Virus record (IMG/VR): IMGVR_UViG_3300023082_000001
Span: 1-23,951 of that record
DNA: 23,951 nucleotides
Strand: one strand, 5' to 3'
Source: a virus
Positions 1-8,395 of the stretch are shown piece after piece (position 1 is the stretch's first letter; every line of letters begins with the position of its first letter). Made by a program: the position numbers and the translations under genes. The notes beneath the pieces were generated by a model. That model worked only from the letters and a program-made list of their open reading frames with translations, searched no databases and was not told the DNA's origin.

Positions 1-41
1 AATGTCCAGAATACAATCAGTATAAACCCTATGATGATCAT
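1..41 (-). CDS. Partial (5' end only) hydrophobic hypothetical protein, runs off window
   Basis: ATG at 41 overlaps the TGA of the 38..331 ORF (ATGA coupling); reads MIIIGFILIVFWT... Confidence 0.5.
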   Translation of the reverse strand, partial: MIIIGFILIVFWT

Positions 42-331
42 GATGCAAGTATCTCAGCAAGTAACATTTCTTTCTGCTCTGTTGTCAGATACTTTGCACG
101 AACAATTATTGAATTGTGCTTACGTGTCACAGCACCAAAGATTGTATCTGCCTTATTCTCAGCATCTTTGATACGTTGCAGCAGTTCTTTACGTTCACTG
201 TTGAGCAATGGAAGCTCTAAACTCTCAGTATCCCCTCCAATAGTGAACACTGTCCCTGCAATCAACACCTTGTCACCCTTCTTATAAGTCATGGAAGAAT
301 CATAAGGAGGTACACTCTTTTTATTAGCCAT
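38..331 (-). CDS. Hypothetical protein, N-terminus resembles a CBM5/12-like motif
   Basis: 97 aa; AGGAG SD; YDSSMTYKKGDKVLIAGTVF followed by a helical/coiled-coil region. Confidence 0.7.
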   Translation of the reverse strand: MANKKSVPPYDSSMTYKKGDKVLIAGTVFTIGGDTESLELPLLNSERKELLQRIKDAENKADTIFGAVTRKHNSIIVRAKYLTTEQKEMLLAEILAS

Positions 332-342
332 TGTCTTTTCTC

Positions 343-594
343 CTAAACTGAATTATGTAAGCCGAGTGAATCTGTATAACCCTCATGCAAATCACTATAA
401 GCACTAATCTGCTCATAAATTGTAAGTTGTTCAGCCATTTTAATAAGCTTTTTACACTGCTGAATGCTTGTCATAAGCCCTGAACACCCTACACGCTTAA
501 ATTCATCATCACTCACTTTGGATGCTGATATTTGCAGTTGAAATAGGATATTGTTCAAGGCTGACAGCTGTTCTTCACTAGTTAAGATGTTCAT
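343..594 (-). CDS. Hypothetical protein
   Basis: 83 aa; 4-nt overlap with the upstream ORF in a co-oriented operon. Confidence 0.7.
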   Translation of the reverse strand: MNILTSEEQLSALNNILFQLQISASKVSDDEFKRVGCSGLMTSIQQCKKLIKMAEQLTIYEQISAYSDLHEGYTDSLGLHNSV

Positions 595-905
595 TTTGTA
601 CTCTCTTTGTTTTTTGAACTCTTTCTGTTCAAACTTTTATCAAAACTCCAATTGAAAATACCCCACCAACCGCTACCACCTATAGAGAAAGACTCACACG
701 ATTTTCCTCTAAATATCCACCTAAATGGGTAAGTTGTGAAACTTCCCAGAAATTGTTTTAATACAGTTTTATAGCTGCAACCTGCTTTGTAATATAAAAC
801 TGTTTCAAACAGGCCCGCACTGACGCCTCTTAGAACAGGTCTGCAAACAAAGCCAAATATAATTGTCAAACACAAATAACCAAAAATCATTGCTAAGATA
901 TTCAT
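591..905 (-). CDS. Hypothetical membrane protein
   Basis: 104 aa; N-terminal hydrophobic helix; ATGA overlaps; GAGGTG SD. Confidence 0.7.
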   Translation of the reverse strand: MNILAMIFGYLCLTIIFGFVCRPVLRGVSAGLFETVLYYKAGCSYKTVLKQFLGSFTTYPFRWIFRGKSCESFSIGGSGWWGIFNWSFDKSLNRKSSKNKESTK

Positions 906-1087
906 TTCTTCACCTCAAAATACCAAATCTTGTAATTAGAAACCCAAGCTCCCAGCGTAGAGCTATAGGTTTCATGAATCTCAAAAGGTCTGCCTTCTTT
1001 TGAAGCCACTAGACATTCTGCTTTTAGAATCTCTTCATTCTTACTGAATCTGGTGACGCTACTTGATGCAAGGAATAGGTCTTTCAT
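902..1087 (-). CDS. Hypothetical protein
   Basis: Start moved from 1114 to ATG 1087 (MKDLFLASS), preceded by SD GGAGGAG; 61 aa. Confidence 0.65.
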   Translation of the reverse strand: MKDLFLASSSVTRFSKNEEILKAECLVASKEGRPFEIHETYSSTLGAWVSNYKIWYFEVKK

Positions 1088-1191
1088 TTCTCCTCCTTCA
1101 ACCACCAAGTCCAAGGATCACCATACAAGGCACCACCAGCAAACATGGATAAAATTGGTAGCATTACAACGTAGTATATTATAAATTCCAT
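1084..1191 (-). CDS. Small hydrophobic protein (35 aa), absent from the ORF track
   Basis: MEFIIYYVVMLPILSMFAGGALYGDPWTWWLKEEK; fills the gap exactly with coupled start/stop at both ends. Confidence 0.6.
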   Translation of the reverse strand: MEFIIYYVVMLPILSMFAGGALYGDPWTWWLKEEK

Positions 1192-1397
1192 CATTCTTTC
1201 TCTCCAAATAAACTATTCACCCAGAATATAGCAAAAGGAATACTAAGCAACATCCAGAACGGCCCTACTAAACTGAAGAATAACAGAACAATGACATCTA
1301 TGCCACTAATTCCATGTCCATCTAGACGAATGGCGAGGGCAATGAAGATTGAGCCTAGGATTCCCATGGCATACCAAGCTAGGATTGATGTAAGCAT
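1191..1397 (-). CDS. Hypothetical two-TM membrane protein
   Basis: 68 aa, two hydrophobic segments. Confidence 0.65.
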   Translation of the reverse strand: MLTSILAWYAMGILGSIFIALAIRLDGHGISGIDVIVLLFFSLVGPFWMLLSIPFAIFWVNSLFGEKE

Positions 1398-1564
1398 GCT
1401 TGTTCTCCTATTTCAATTAATGACTCTATTTGTGCTAATAGATTTTTAATATCATTGTTTTCAGGGATGTCCAATTTCTTTGCAATTTTGGACATACGCT
1501 TATCTACTTTGGCTAGATCAACCAAAAGGAGGTTGAGCTGTCGGTTTAGTTGGGCTTTGGTCAT
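1379..1564 (-). CDS. Hypothetical protein
   Basis: 61 aa helical; GGAGGT SD; ATGA overlap. Confidence 0.65.
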   Translation of the reverse strand: MTKAQLNRQLNLLLVDLAKVDKRMSKIAKKLDIPENNDIKNLLAQIESLIEIGEQACLHQS

Positions 1565-2064
1565 TCTACCTCCTTACCCAGGATCGGTTTAAGAAACTGC
1601 TGCTCAAACTCAGGACGTATAAACTTAATTTGATTTTTATAAGCTTTCAGCAAGCCATTCTTTGTGCAATGCACATAAACCCTTTCCACCAACTTGCAAG
1701 CTTGGGCTTTAGTGAGGGTGTAGGCATCGATTTGGAAACATTTTTCATAGTAGCAGCCAGTAAGCTTACCGATGCGGCTGATTTCAGGTACAAAATTAAC
1801 ACCGTCAATAGTCTTAATCCAACTACTGTCGTGCAACTTAACTGCTGTATTGAAACTAATCACTTCGCAACCTTTAAATCCACAGCCATACTTTGCACCA
1901 AATGTGCTACGAAAAGCTGGGTAGTAGTCATAGCCAAGTGCATCCATAAACTCAATCACTGAACGAATCTGGATTTGTTTACTGTCTACATAAGTGTAGC
2001 CTTCAGTGTTAATAGGACTACCTTTGGTTTCTTTGTAATGTTGAAGCTGTTCTTTACGGTTCAT
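1561..2064 (-). CDS. Hypothetical protein
   Basis: 167 aa; GAGGA SD. Confidence 0.75.
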   Translation of the reverse strand: MNRKEQLQHYKETKGSPINTEGYTYVDSKQIQIRSVIEFMDALGYDYYPAFRSTFGAKYGCGFKGCEVISFNTAVKLHDSSWIKTIDGVNFVPEISRIGKLTGCYYEKCFQIDAYTLTKAQACKLVERVYVHCTKNGLLKAYKNQIKFIRPEFEQQFLKPILGKEVE

Positions 2065-2081
2065 TTCACTTTCCTCTGGTT

Positions 2082-2135
2082 AAAATAAAAGCCCGATATA
2101 CGTCCTCTGTTTAAAGATTATCGTACATTCGGGCT
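2082..2135 (-). terminator. Rho-independent terminator-like hairpin after dCMP deaminase
   Basis: - strand AGCCCGA...TCGGGCT (2135-2129 / 2096-2090) followed by TTTATTTT; long interrupted stem. Confidence 0.55.
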
Positions 2136-2141
2136 AGTTGG

Positions 2142-2561
2142 TCAAGCTTTGTTTTCATCATACTTTTCTATTAGAACATTTGCCCTAGTAAGAAATGTTA
2201 ATGATGACGTGTCTCTATACTCTTCTTTGTAAACAACCTTTTTAATGCCAGCTTGCACAATAAGATTAGAACAGGACTGACAAGGACTCAATGAGCAGAA
2301 TAATGTACTCCCTTTTAAACTCACTCCTGCACGGGTAGCCTTCATAATTGCATTAGATTCTGAGTGAAGAACGTGTGAAAAAGTTACCCCTTGATCATCC
2401 TCACATTTATTGTCAAAACCGCTAGGCGTCCCATTCCACCCAATAAGAAGTACGTCATCTGGTGTGATTAAGACACTTCCCACCTTCTTACGCTCAGCCT
2501 GTGAACATTCTCCCACCCTTGAACACATGTCAGCATACAAGTGATACTCTCGATCCTTCAT
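2142..2561 (-). CDS. dCMP deaminase (cytidine/deoxycytidylate deaminase family)
   Basis: KVGSVL, GWNGTPSG, HSESNAI (HxE), SPCQSC (PCxxC), IVQAGIKKVVY. Confidence 0.92.
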   Translation of the reverse strand: MKDREYHLYADMCSRVGECSQAERKKVGSVLITPDDVLLIGWNGTPSGFDNKCEDDQGVTFSHVLHSESNAIMKATRAGVSLKGSTLFCSLSPCQSCSNLIVQAGIKKVVYKEEYRDTSSLTFLTRANVLIEKYDENKA

Positions 2562-2701
2562 TCTCCCATTACCACTGAGAAGTAATCACTAGGGTCTTGG
2601 TCATAGTCATCTGAACAAGTTTGTGCAGTGAGCATTTCTTGCAACTGATAGTGATCTGATTGATCAAGATCCAACAAGTCTGAAAAGCAAAAATCTAGCA
2701 T
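2558..2701 (-). CDS. Small acidic protein (47 aa), absent from the ORF track
   Basis: MLDFCFSDLLDLDQSDHYQLQEMLTAQTCSDDYDQDPSDYFSVVMGE; GGGAGAG SD; ATGA overlap with dCMP deaminase. Confidence 0.6.
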   Translation of the reverse strand: MLDFCFSDLLDLDQSDHYQLQEMLTAQTCSDDYDQDPSDYFSVVMGE

Positions 2702-2744
2702 ATTTATCTCTCCCAAGATTATAAATTAAGTTGTATTTTACTAC

Positions 2745-2966
2745 TTACCAACTATCATAGTCTGTAAGAGTGATACCAATTTCCAACTCAGGACATTCTA
2801 TCGCACTATTCTGACCAATACCAGAAGAACGTGAAAATAAGTATTGAAATGTTAAAGTCCTCTTTGTATCTACACTAGAGCATGTGTATCCTTCGATTAA
2901 GTGACACATTTCAATAAACTCTTTGGCTTTCTTCTCTTCACTTTCGTTTAATTTAAATTCTGTCAT
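2745..2966 (-). CDS. Hypothetical protein
   Basis: 73 aa; GAGGA SD; C-terminal LTDYDSW. Confidence 0.7.
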   Translation of the reverse strand: MTEFKLNESEEKKAKEFIEMCHLIEGYTCSSVDTKRTLTFQYLFSRSSGIGQNSAIECPELEIGITLTDYDSW

Positions 2967-2967
2967 A

Positions 2968-3177
2968 TCAATAATCCTCTTTCTTGTATTTGCAAGTTTC
3001 TTTAGAAAGGTCTTGATTGAAATCTACAAAAACATTATCTCCTATGTTTTTCTTTACGATGAATGCACACCCGGTTTTATCCCATAAGGTTTTACCAGCA
3101 GTGTACTTTGCATCTGGATCAAGACCACAAGCTGTTATCATAAAGCATATGATGACCATAATCAAGTGTTTCATCAT
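2968..3177 (-). CDS. Putative lipoprotein
   Basis: 69 aa; MMKHLIMVIICFMITAC: basic N-terminus, hydrophobic core, lipobox-like ITA-C. Confidence 0.65.
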   Translation of the reverse strand: MMKHLIMVIICFMITACGLDPDAKYTAGKTLWDKTGCAFIVKKNIGDNVFVDFNQDLSKETCKYKKEDY

Positions 3178-3449
3178 TTTTTCCTCGTGGCTGTGCCTCG
3201 ACAGCTTAATTCACCTGACTCAGATCGACTGACTGTCTTCTGAAGTTTACTTGCAACAATTGTGTACCGACCTTTTGAGTATACAGAGTCTACATAGTCT
3301 TGTGCAATAGCTCTTGATGAAGTATGTACAAAAATATATTCCCCCATCGCATTCTGAATGTAAAAGGTGGCTGGTGGAATGAACAGATAGTCTGTGAACG
3401 TCGCATAATCTACAATTGTAATCTTCAACTTTTTTTCTTTAGCTACCAT
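3174..3449 (-). CDS. Hypothetical protein
   Basis: 91 aa; AGGAGAG SD. Confidence 0.75.
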   Translation of the reverse strand: MVAKEKKLKITIVDYATFTDYLFIPPATFYIQNAMGEYIFVHTSSRAIAQDYVDSVYSKGRYTIVASKLQKTVSRSESGELSCRGTATRKK

Positions 3450-3461
3450 AAATCTCTCCTA

Positions 3462-3477
3462 AGCACATCCTTGTGCT
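3462..3477 (-). promoter_or_regulatory. CsrA/RsmA-consensus binding hairpin
   Basis: - strand AGCACA-AGGA-TGTGCT; matches ACARGGAUGU with GGA in the loop, directly upstream of the SD of 3174..3449. Confidence 0.6.
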
Positions 3478-3524
3478 ACTTCTGTATAATCACTCTATAG
3501 TCGTCTATAATTGGCTATAAAAGA

Positions 3525-4289
3525 TTATTCTGGTTGGGTTGGTGGATTTGCTTTCTTGCGAGAAGCTTTCTTTTTCTCAGGCTTAGGAGCAAGAGCTAAA
3601 GCAACTGCTGCATCCACTTTTTCTTGAATGACATCCTCAAGAGAAAATTCTTCCAAACCTAAATCCTCACCTTCCGGTTGCATATCAGACCCGCATAAAG
3701 GGTCTCCACACTGACATGGCATATTTGCACGCAATTCATCACGATACTCTTTGTATTTAGGAAGACGTTCACGCAATTCATCTGCAAAGAAGTAAAGATC
3801 TTTTCCGTCCAAAACTTGCTGAAGCTCAACAGAATTTAGAAAGCCATTATAGGTGCGTTCAATCCACTCACGATTGAGACGTTCAGTATAACTCACTGAC
3901 AAACGTACATCAATCTCTTTACCCCAACCCGGAGAATACGAGCAGGCGTGGATCATGGCTGTTGAACTATCATCAATAACCCAATCATCAGCCTGCAACA
4001 TTAAGGCTGATGCCGCACTTGCGCAAGTCATACCAATCTCAACAACAATAGGTGCCTTACATTCATTCATACGACGGCACAAGAAATCACATGTTTCAAG
4101 GCTGCCACCTGGGCTCGACAGTTGAATAAAAATTAAATCATGCTCAGAGGCTTCTTCCAAAGCCATAATTTCTTCTTCAAAATCGTCAATTTCAGTAATA
4201 GGGCGAGCAATACGGATTTTGTATTCGTGATTATTAAATGCACGAGTCATCACACGCTTTGGTTGCATAAACGGAATTAGTTCTGTCAT
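3525..4289 (-). CDS. ClpP-like (S14 family) protease
   Basis: LSSPGGS, CASAAS (catalytic Ser), AMIHA (catalytic His), KDLYFFADE (catalytic Asp region). Confidence 0.8.
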   Translation of the reverse strand: MTELIPFMQPKRVMTRAFNNHEYKIRIARPITEIDDFEEEIMALEEASEHDLIFIQLSSPGGSLETCDFLCRRMNECKAPIVVEIGMTCASAASALMLQADDWVIDDSSTAMIHACSYSPGWGKEIDVRLSVSYTERLNREWIERTYNGFLNSVELQQVLDGKDLYFFADELRERLPKYKEYRDELRANMPCQCGDPLCGSDMQPEGEDLGLEEFSLEDVIQEKVDAAVALALAPKPEKKKASRKKANPPTQPE

Positions 4290-4299
4290 TTTTATTTCC

Positions 4300-5421
4300 T
4301 CAGTCAGTGATTTCTACTTCGTATCTATGGAGTGCTTCATACACACGATTATCAATAAGGTGTTTGTACTTTTCAGCTTGTCGTTTGATTATAACTTCTT
4401 TGTTTACTTTATACCAATTAAAACACTCTTCAATTGTCCCTCCACCACAACCCGTAATACGCTTGCCAAGGTCTGGATCACAAACACTAGCGTGCAGGCT
4501 CCAGTTGCCCTGCCGGGTTTTATACCGCATCACACCAATTGGATAATCTCCACGTCCAGCTTCCCTCTTAGTAAATAGGGCGTTTAACTGGCTTGGCACG
4601 TAAGCGCAAAACTCAGGTGAGTACACCTTATTACCTTTGCAAATAATATCTTTGTCTAATTGCCATCTAGGTGTCCTTGAACCCATTTGATATTTTGCCC
4701 ACTCATAAAAATTTGCAAAAGTGTACCACTCTTCTGTAATACTGCACTGTCTGTACGTTGGTCTTTTATCTAATGCTTTGGTAACATGAACTCGCTCTAT
4801 CATCCCTGACCATGTCATGTAAATAGGTTTGCATGTGTGCCAATCATCTGAAGGCTCTCCATAACAACCAACACCATATACGCTTTTATGGTAAGGGTTA
4901 GCAATCTGACCTAACTTACAGCTCTGTTGAGTTGTTTTTACCCTTCCTTTGAACTCATCCAAAAATTCAACAGTTAGATTGGAGTGCTTTACATATTCTA
5001 CTATTTTTACTCTATAACCTTCATTGGTGTCAAATTCATCCCCTACACAAACAGAAGGAGCATATCCAGGTTTCTTATGTGTACAGCCACAGCACCTTGT
5101 GCCTTGCCTCAAAGATTTTATCTGATGCTTTACAATATTGCCACAGGCACATTCTAGCAGAAACATTCTTACAGGTGCCTTACCTGTAGTTTTTGGTTCA
5201 ATTTCTTTGATAACAGACAACTGCCCAAATTTATACCCTTCTTCAAAAATTTCACGAGTTGGTTTCCTGTAACACAAACACATACGAGTTTTCAAACTGT
5301 CTTTGCGAACCCTACTTAGATGATCTCCACAGTCTGCGCACTCAGCTTCAACATATTTATGATTCTTTTCCTCAATTTCTGAGTAAATTTTCCATCTACT
5401 ACTATCGATATCCATAATCAC
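4300..5421 (-). CDS. HNH-type homing endonuclease
   Basis: FGQLSVI..LECACGN zinc module, YMTWSGMIER, EEWYTFANFYEW, WQLDKDI..GNKVYSPEFCAYVP..LN, YPIGV C-terminal DNA-binding region. Confidence 0.8.
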   Translation of the reverse strand: MIMDIDSSRWKIYSEIEEKNHKYVEAECADCGDHLSRVRKDSLKTRMCLCYRKPTREIFEEGYKFGQLSVIKEIEPKTTGKAPVRMFLLECACGNIVKHQIKSLRQGTRCCGCTHKKPGYAPSVCVGDEFDTNEGYRVKIVEYVKHSNLTVEFLDEFKGRVKTTQQSCKLGQIANPYHKSVYGVGCYGEPSDDWHTCKPIYMTWSGMIERVHVTKALDKRPTYRQCSITEEWYTFANFYEWAKYQMGSRTPRWQLDKDIICKGNKVYSPEFCAYVPSQLNALFTKREAGRGDYPIGVMRYKTRQGNWSLHASVCDPDLGKRITGCGGGTIEECFNWYKVNKEVIIKRQAEKYKHLIDNRVYEALHRYEVEITD

Positions 5422-6221
5422 CCCTCATTAGCTCTATCTTTCATCATCCCAATTGCAATATCTCGAACCAGACCGCCGCGAACAATATCCGAAGGGTCAG
5501 AGAAATCAATTACTGCAACTCCTTTCAAATTGTGACGCTCCGCAAAAGACATAAACCATTCAAGACCCGACTCACCTCGAATATCCTTCTGTAAAATGTC
5601 CCCGCACAGAATGAGCTTACACTGGTCGGAAACTCTCGTCACAATACTTTGCATTTCTTCTTTAGTAGTTTGCTGTGCTTCATCAATTACCAAGTATGAT
5701 GGCAAATCAAAAGACCGCCCACGAATACTTTCAACTTCTTGTACCTGAATTTCACCAGACTCTCCATCCTTCAGTGCAATCTCATAAGCTCCTGCCCCAA
5801 TACGAGATTTAATAGTATCTAGTACGTTACGCACATACGGATAGAGTTTTTGAAGTGAACTCCCGGGTTTAAATCCTGATGTTTTACCTGTTTGAACATA
5901 CGCACGAGCTACAATGATCTGTTTAATTTCATTTTTACGAAACTTATCAGCAGCAACCACAGCTGCACAAAAGGTTTTTCCCGTACCATGCAAGCCAAGG
6001 CATACAATTGCTTTGACTTCAGGATCTTCCAATAGACGGAAGTATTCTTTCTGTTTTGCAGTTTTAGCTGTCACAGGTGGTGGATTATTACGTTCTTCTA
6101 GGAACTTCTCTTTAACTTCAGGTTTAACACCACCATTTCGAGTTGATTTAGTCCTTTTTCTAGGTACGAGCACATCTTCACCATTGATAGGGACTACGAA
6201 ATTTCTATTTGATGCACCCAT
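5418..6221 (-). CDS. phoH: PhoH-family ATPase
   Basis: Walker A GLHGTGKT, GFKPG, IRGRSF, VIDEAQQ, CGDILQKD, DIVRGGLVRDI. Confidence 0.92.
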   Translation of the reverse strand: MGASNRNFVVPINGEDVLVPRKRTKSTRNGGVKPEVKEKFLEERNNPPPVTAKTAKQKEYFRLLEDPEVKAIVCLGLHGTGKTFCAAVVAADKFRKNEIKQIIVARAYVQTGKTSGFKPGSSLQKLYPYVRNVLDTIKSRIGAGAYEIALKDGESGEIQVQEVESIRGRSFDLPSYLVIDEAQQTTKEEMQSIVTRVSDQCKLILCGDILQKDIRGESGLEWFMSFAERHNLKGVAVIDFSDPSDIVRGGLVRDIAIGMMKDRANEG

Positions 6222-6263
6222 ACATTCACCTCTTCATCAATTAATTTAATTTACCACTCTCAC

Positions 6264-6291
6264 ATCTTACTACAACTTCCCCACTTGTCAA
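6264..6291 (-). promoter_or_regulatory. sigma70-like promoter for phoH
   Basis: TTGACA-16 nt-TAAGAT on - strand in the intergenic gap. Confidence 0.6.
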
Positions 6292-6292
6292 A

Positions 6293-6598
6293 CTATTTCT
6301 TCTCCTTTACAGCCTTCAAAGTATCTTCAGCAGCCTTAAGTGATTCCTTAGCTTTCTTGACAGCCTCTTCTGCTTGCAGTTCCTCTCGTGTCTTACTTAT
6401 AAAAATTACTCTTTCAAAAGTAAGTTCCCTAGCCCCACCACTCTCCTGATAATCCTGAGTTAAATAATATTTATGAACAGCTTCTTTAACTTTTATTTCA
6501 ATAATTCCGCCGTTTACCCCAGCCATAAGGTTACGGGAATATAGTTGTTCATTATCATATATCTTAATAATATTATTAGGGCCGTATTTAAGTTTCAT
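6293..6598 (-). CDS. Hypothetical protein with C-terminal coiled coil
   Basis: Start likely ATG 6598 (MKLKYGP) after GGGAGGG; the ORF track gives 6619. Confidence 0.65.
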   Translation of the reverse strand: MKLKYGPNNIIKIYDNEQLYSRNLMAGVNGGIIEIKVKEAVHKYYLTQDYQESGGARELTFERVIFISKTREELQAEEAVKKAKESLKAAEDTLKAVKEKK

Positions 6599-6620
6599 GC
6601 CGTTACCCTCCCAAAACATA

Positions 6621-6908
6621 TTAATTCAACCTCCCCGATTCATTCTGCGTCAACACCAATTCCAACAAGTCAGCAATGCTCCTAGTACACGCTAACACTG
6701 ATGCGGCTACGGCAGTGTCATATTTCTTAACCAATTCACTTGCAAGTATTTCCTCCACCACTTGTTGCTCATCTGGGGTGATACGTGAATATAGCTCTTT
6801 GTTGAACTGCACACTGAGTTTATCAAAAGATAGTTGGTCAAACATGTCGAGTACAGCAGGACTGTCACGATAGGCTGCATATAGGGATTGCTTAAGAAGA
6901 TTACTCAT
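6621..6908 (-). CDS. Hypothetical protein
   Basis: 95 aa; ATGA overlap. Confidence 0.7.
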   Translation of the reverse strand: MSNLLKQSLYAAYRDSPAVLDMFDQLSFDKLSVQFNKELYSRITPDEQQVVEEILASELVKKYDTAVAASVLACTRSIADLLELVLTQNESGRLN

Positions 6909-7102
6909 GACACAAACTCTCCCAGATAAAAAGCCTTTGTATAGAATTCTGGTGCAGGACCAGTTCCGGGATACCTACGGCTTACTTCGCCAATAGCTTT
7001 AAAGGCTTCTTCCTCTGTTGAATATTCAACAATATAGTCTCGACAATCCGATGGGCTCCAAAGGTCACGATCTTGGAATTTTACTTTGTATACTTTATTC
7101 AT
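6905..7102 (-). CDS. Hypothetical protein
   Basis: 65 aa; operon packing. Confidence 0.65.
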   Translation of the reverse strand: MNKVYKVKFQDRDLWSPSDCRDYIVEYSTEEEAFKAIGEVSRRYPGTGPAPEFYTKAFYLGEFVS

Positions 7103-7370
7103 TATAATTAACCCTCTTACTCAAGTCAAAAATACATTGACCACTACCACCACAGGAATCACTAAGCGTAACTATCATGTAGCCATCTAGTTCTTGTGGT
7201 TCATCCAGATTCATTTCTGAGTAGGTTTCTCCCTCTCCGTTAAAAAGGTGTTCCTCATTATTTTCACTATTCCACGAAACAGTGTTGCCATCAAAGTTCC
7301 AAATGTAGTTAGTACAATCTTCTGGCATTGTGATCAGACCAGCTTGGTAAAATTTATCTAAGATATTCAT
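7095..7370 (-). CDS. Hypothetical acidic protein
   Basis: 91 aa; ATGA overlap. Confidence 0.7.
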   Translation of the reverse strand: MNILDKFYQAGLITMPEDCTNYIWNFDGNTVSWNSENNEEHLFNGEGETYSEMNLDEPQELDGYMIVTLSDSCGGSGQCIFDLSKRVNYNE

Positions 7371-7567
7371 TCTTCCACCTTATACAAAATCGCATTATTC
7401 CAAACACAAGGGTAGTTTACAAATTCTCTTGTATCAATTACCCCATGCACACGAATACCACTTTCAGTGTAGCCACTAGTTAGCACATCAAACCCTTCTC
7501 GTGTAGGCATCGGAACAAAGTCCTCATCCATTGCTACATCACCAAGCATTCCTAGATTAATTGTCAT
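7367..7567 (-). CDS. Hypothetical protein
   Basis: Start likely ATG 7567 (MTINLG) after GAGGAG. Confidence 0.6.
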   Translation of the reverse strand: MTINLGMLGDVAMDEDFVPMPTREGFDVLTSGYTESGIRVHGVIDTREFVNYPCVWNNAILYKVEE

Positions 7568-8042
7568 TTTGCTTCTCCTCAAATACAGTCACAATATCAG
7601 AATAGTCGTAATTGCAATCTTCTACGTTTTTATCCCAATCTAGTGTTGCAACATATTCAAAAATACCATGAGGGTCTGAATCGTTATGCTCTAAATCAAT
7701 AACAGCTAGAACATTTTTCATATAATTTGTTGGACATGTGTGTTCATTATAGTAGTATTCATGATTGCTTTCGGCATCAGAGAAAGACATCCCCTCAACT
7801 ACCAAACCCACATTACCGTTTTTAAGCAACACAATGTTTTTATTTACACGCTCTCCGATTGCTTGGGTAAACACCTCACCACTTTTTTTAAAAATAATAC
7901 GATAACGTTCACCACAACTATCACAATACCAAGAAGTTGAAATATCAGTATTCAATAGATGGTCAATACTACTTGTTTGTTTTTCACAACATGGACATAC
8001 AGCATAGTTTTTTGTTTCTACCACAGGTATCATTTGTTTCAT
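7557..8042 (-). CDS. Zinc-ribbon-containing hypothetical protein
   Basis: CPCC...WYCDSCG; HTCPTN; DPHG. Confidence 0.75.
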   Translation of the reverse strand: MKQMIPVVETKNYAVCPCCEKQTSSIDHLLNTDISTSWYCDSCGERYRIIFKKSGEVFTQAIGERVNKNIVLLKNGNVGLVVEGMSFSDAESNHEYYYNEHTCPTNYMKNVLAVIDLEHNDSDPHGIFEYVATLDWDKNVEDCNYDYSDIVTVFEEKQNDN

Positions 8043-8395
8043 TCTATATACTCCACTTCAACGACATGATAGCCATGAAAGTCATCTGTTGTATTCAAAT
8101 CATAATCGGGATACTTTGCTGAAATGTCTTCAAAGGCTTTCTCCTCAACCTCATTGATCATTTCCTCATACTTATCCCAACCTTCGCTGTCATAATCATC
8201 CACTGGCTTTTTAATGTCAATAGATAATTCTGAAATAAGCTTCTGATATTCATTGTCAATAACCTTGTCATATTTGCAAGGTGTCACTGAAATATATTTA
8301 TCAGCATCTTCTTTCTTTGCAAATGCCTGCACAGGCCAGATCATGTAGTCATCATACATTCCAGCGGCTGCTTGGACTAAGTAGATTTTATTCAT
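8039..8395 (-). CDS. Hypothetical acidic protein
   Basis: 118 aa; ATGA overlaps. Confidence 0.7.
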   Translation of the reverse strand: MNKIYLVQAAAGMYDDYMIWPVQAFAKKEDADKYISVTPCKYDKVIDNEYQKLISELSIDIKKPVDDYDSEGWDKYEEMINEVEEKAFEDISAKYPDYDLNTTDDFHGYHVVEVEYIE

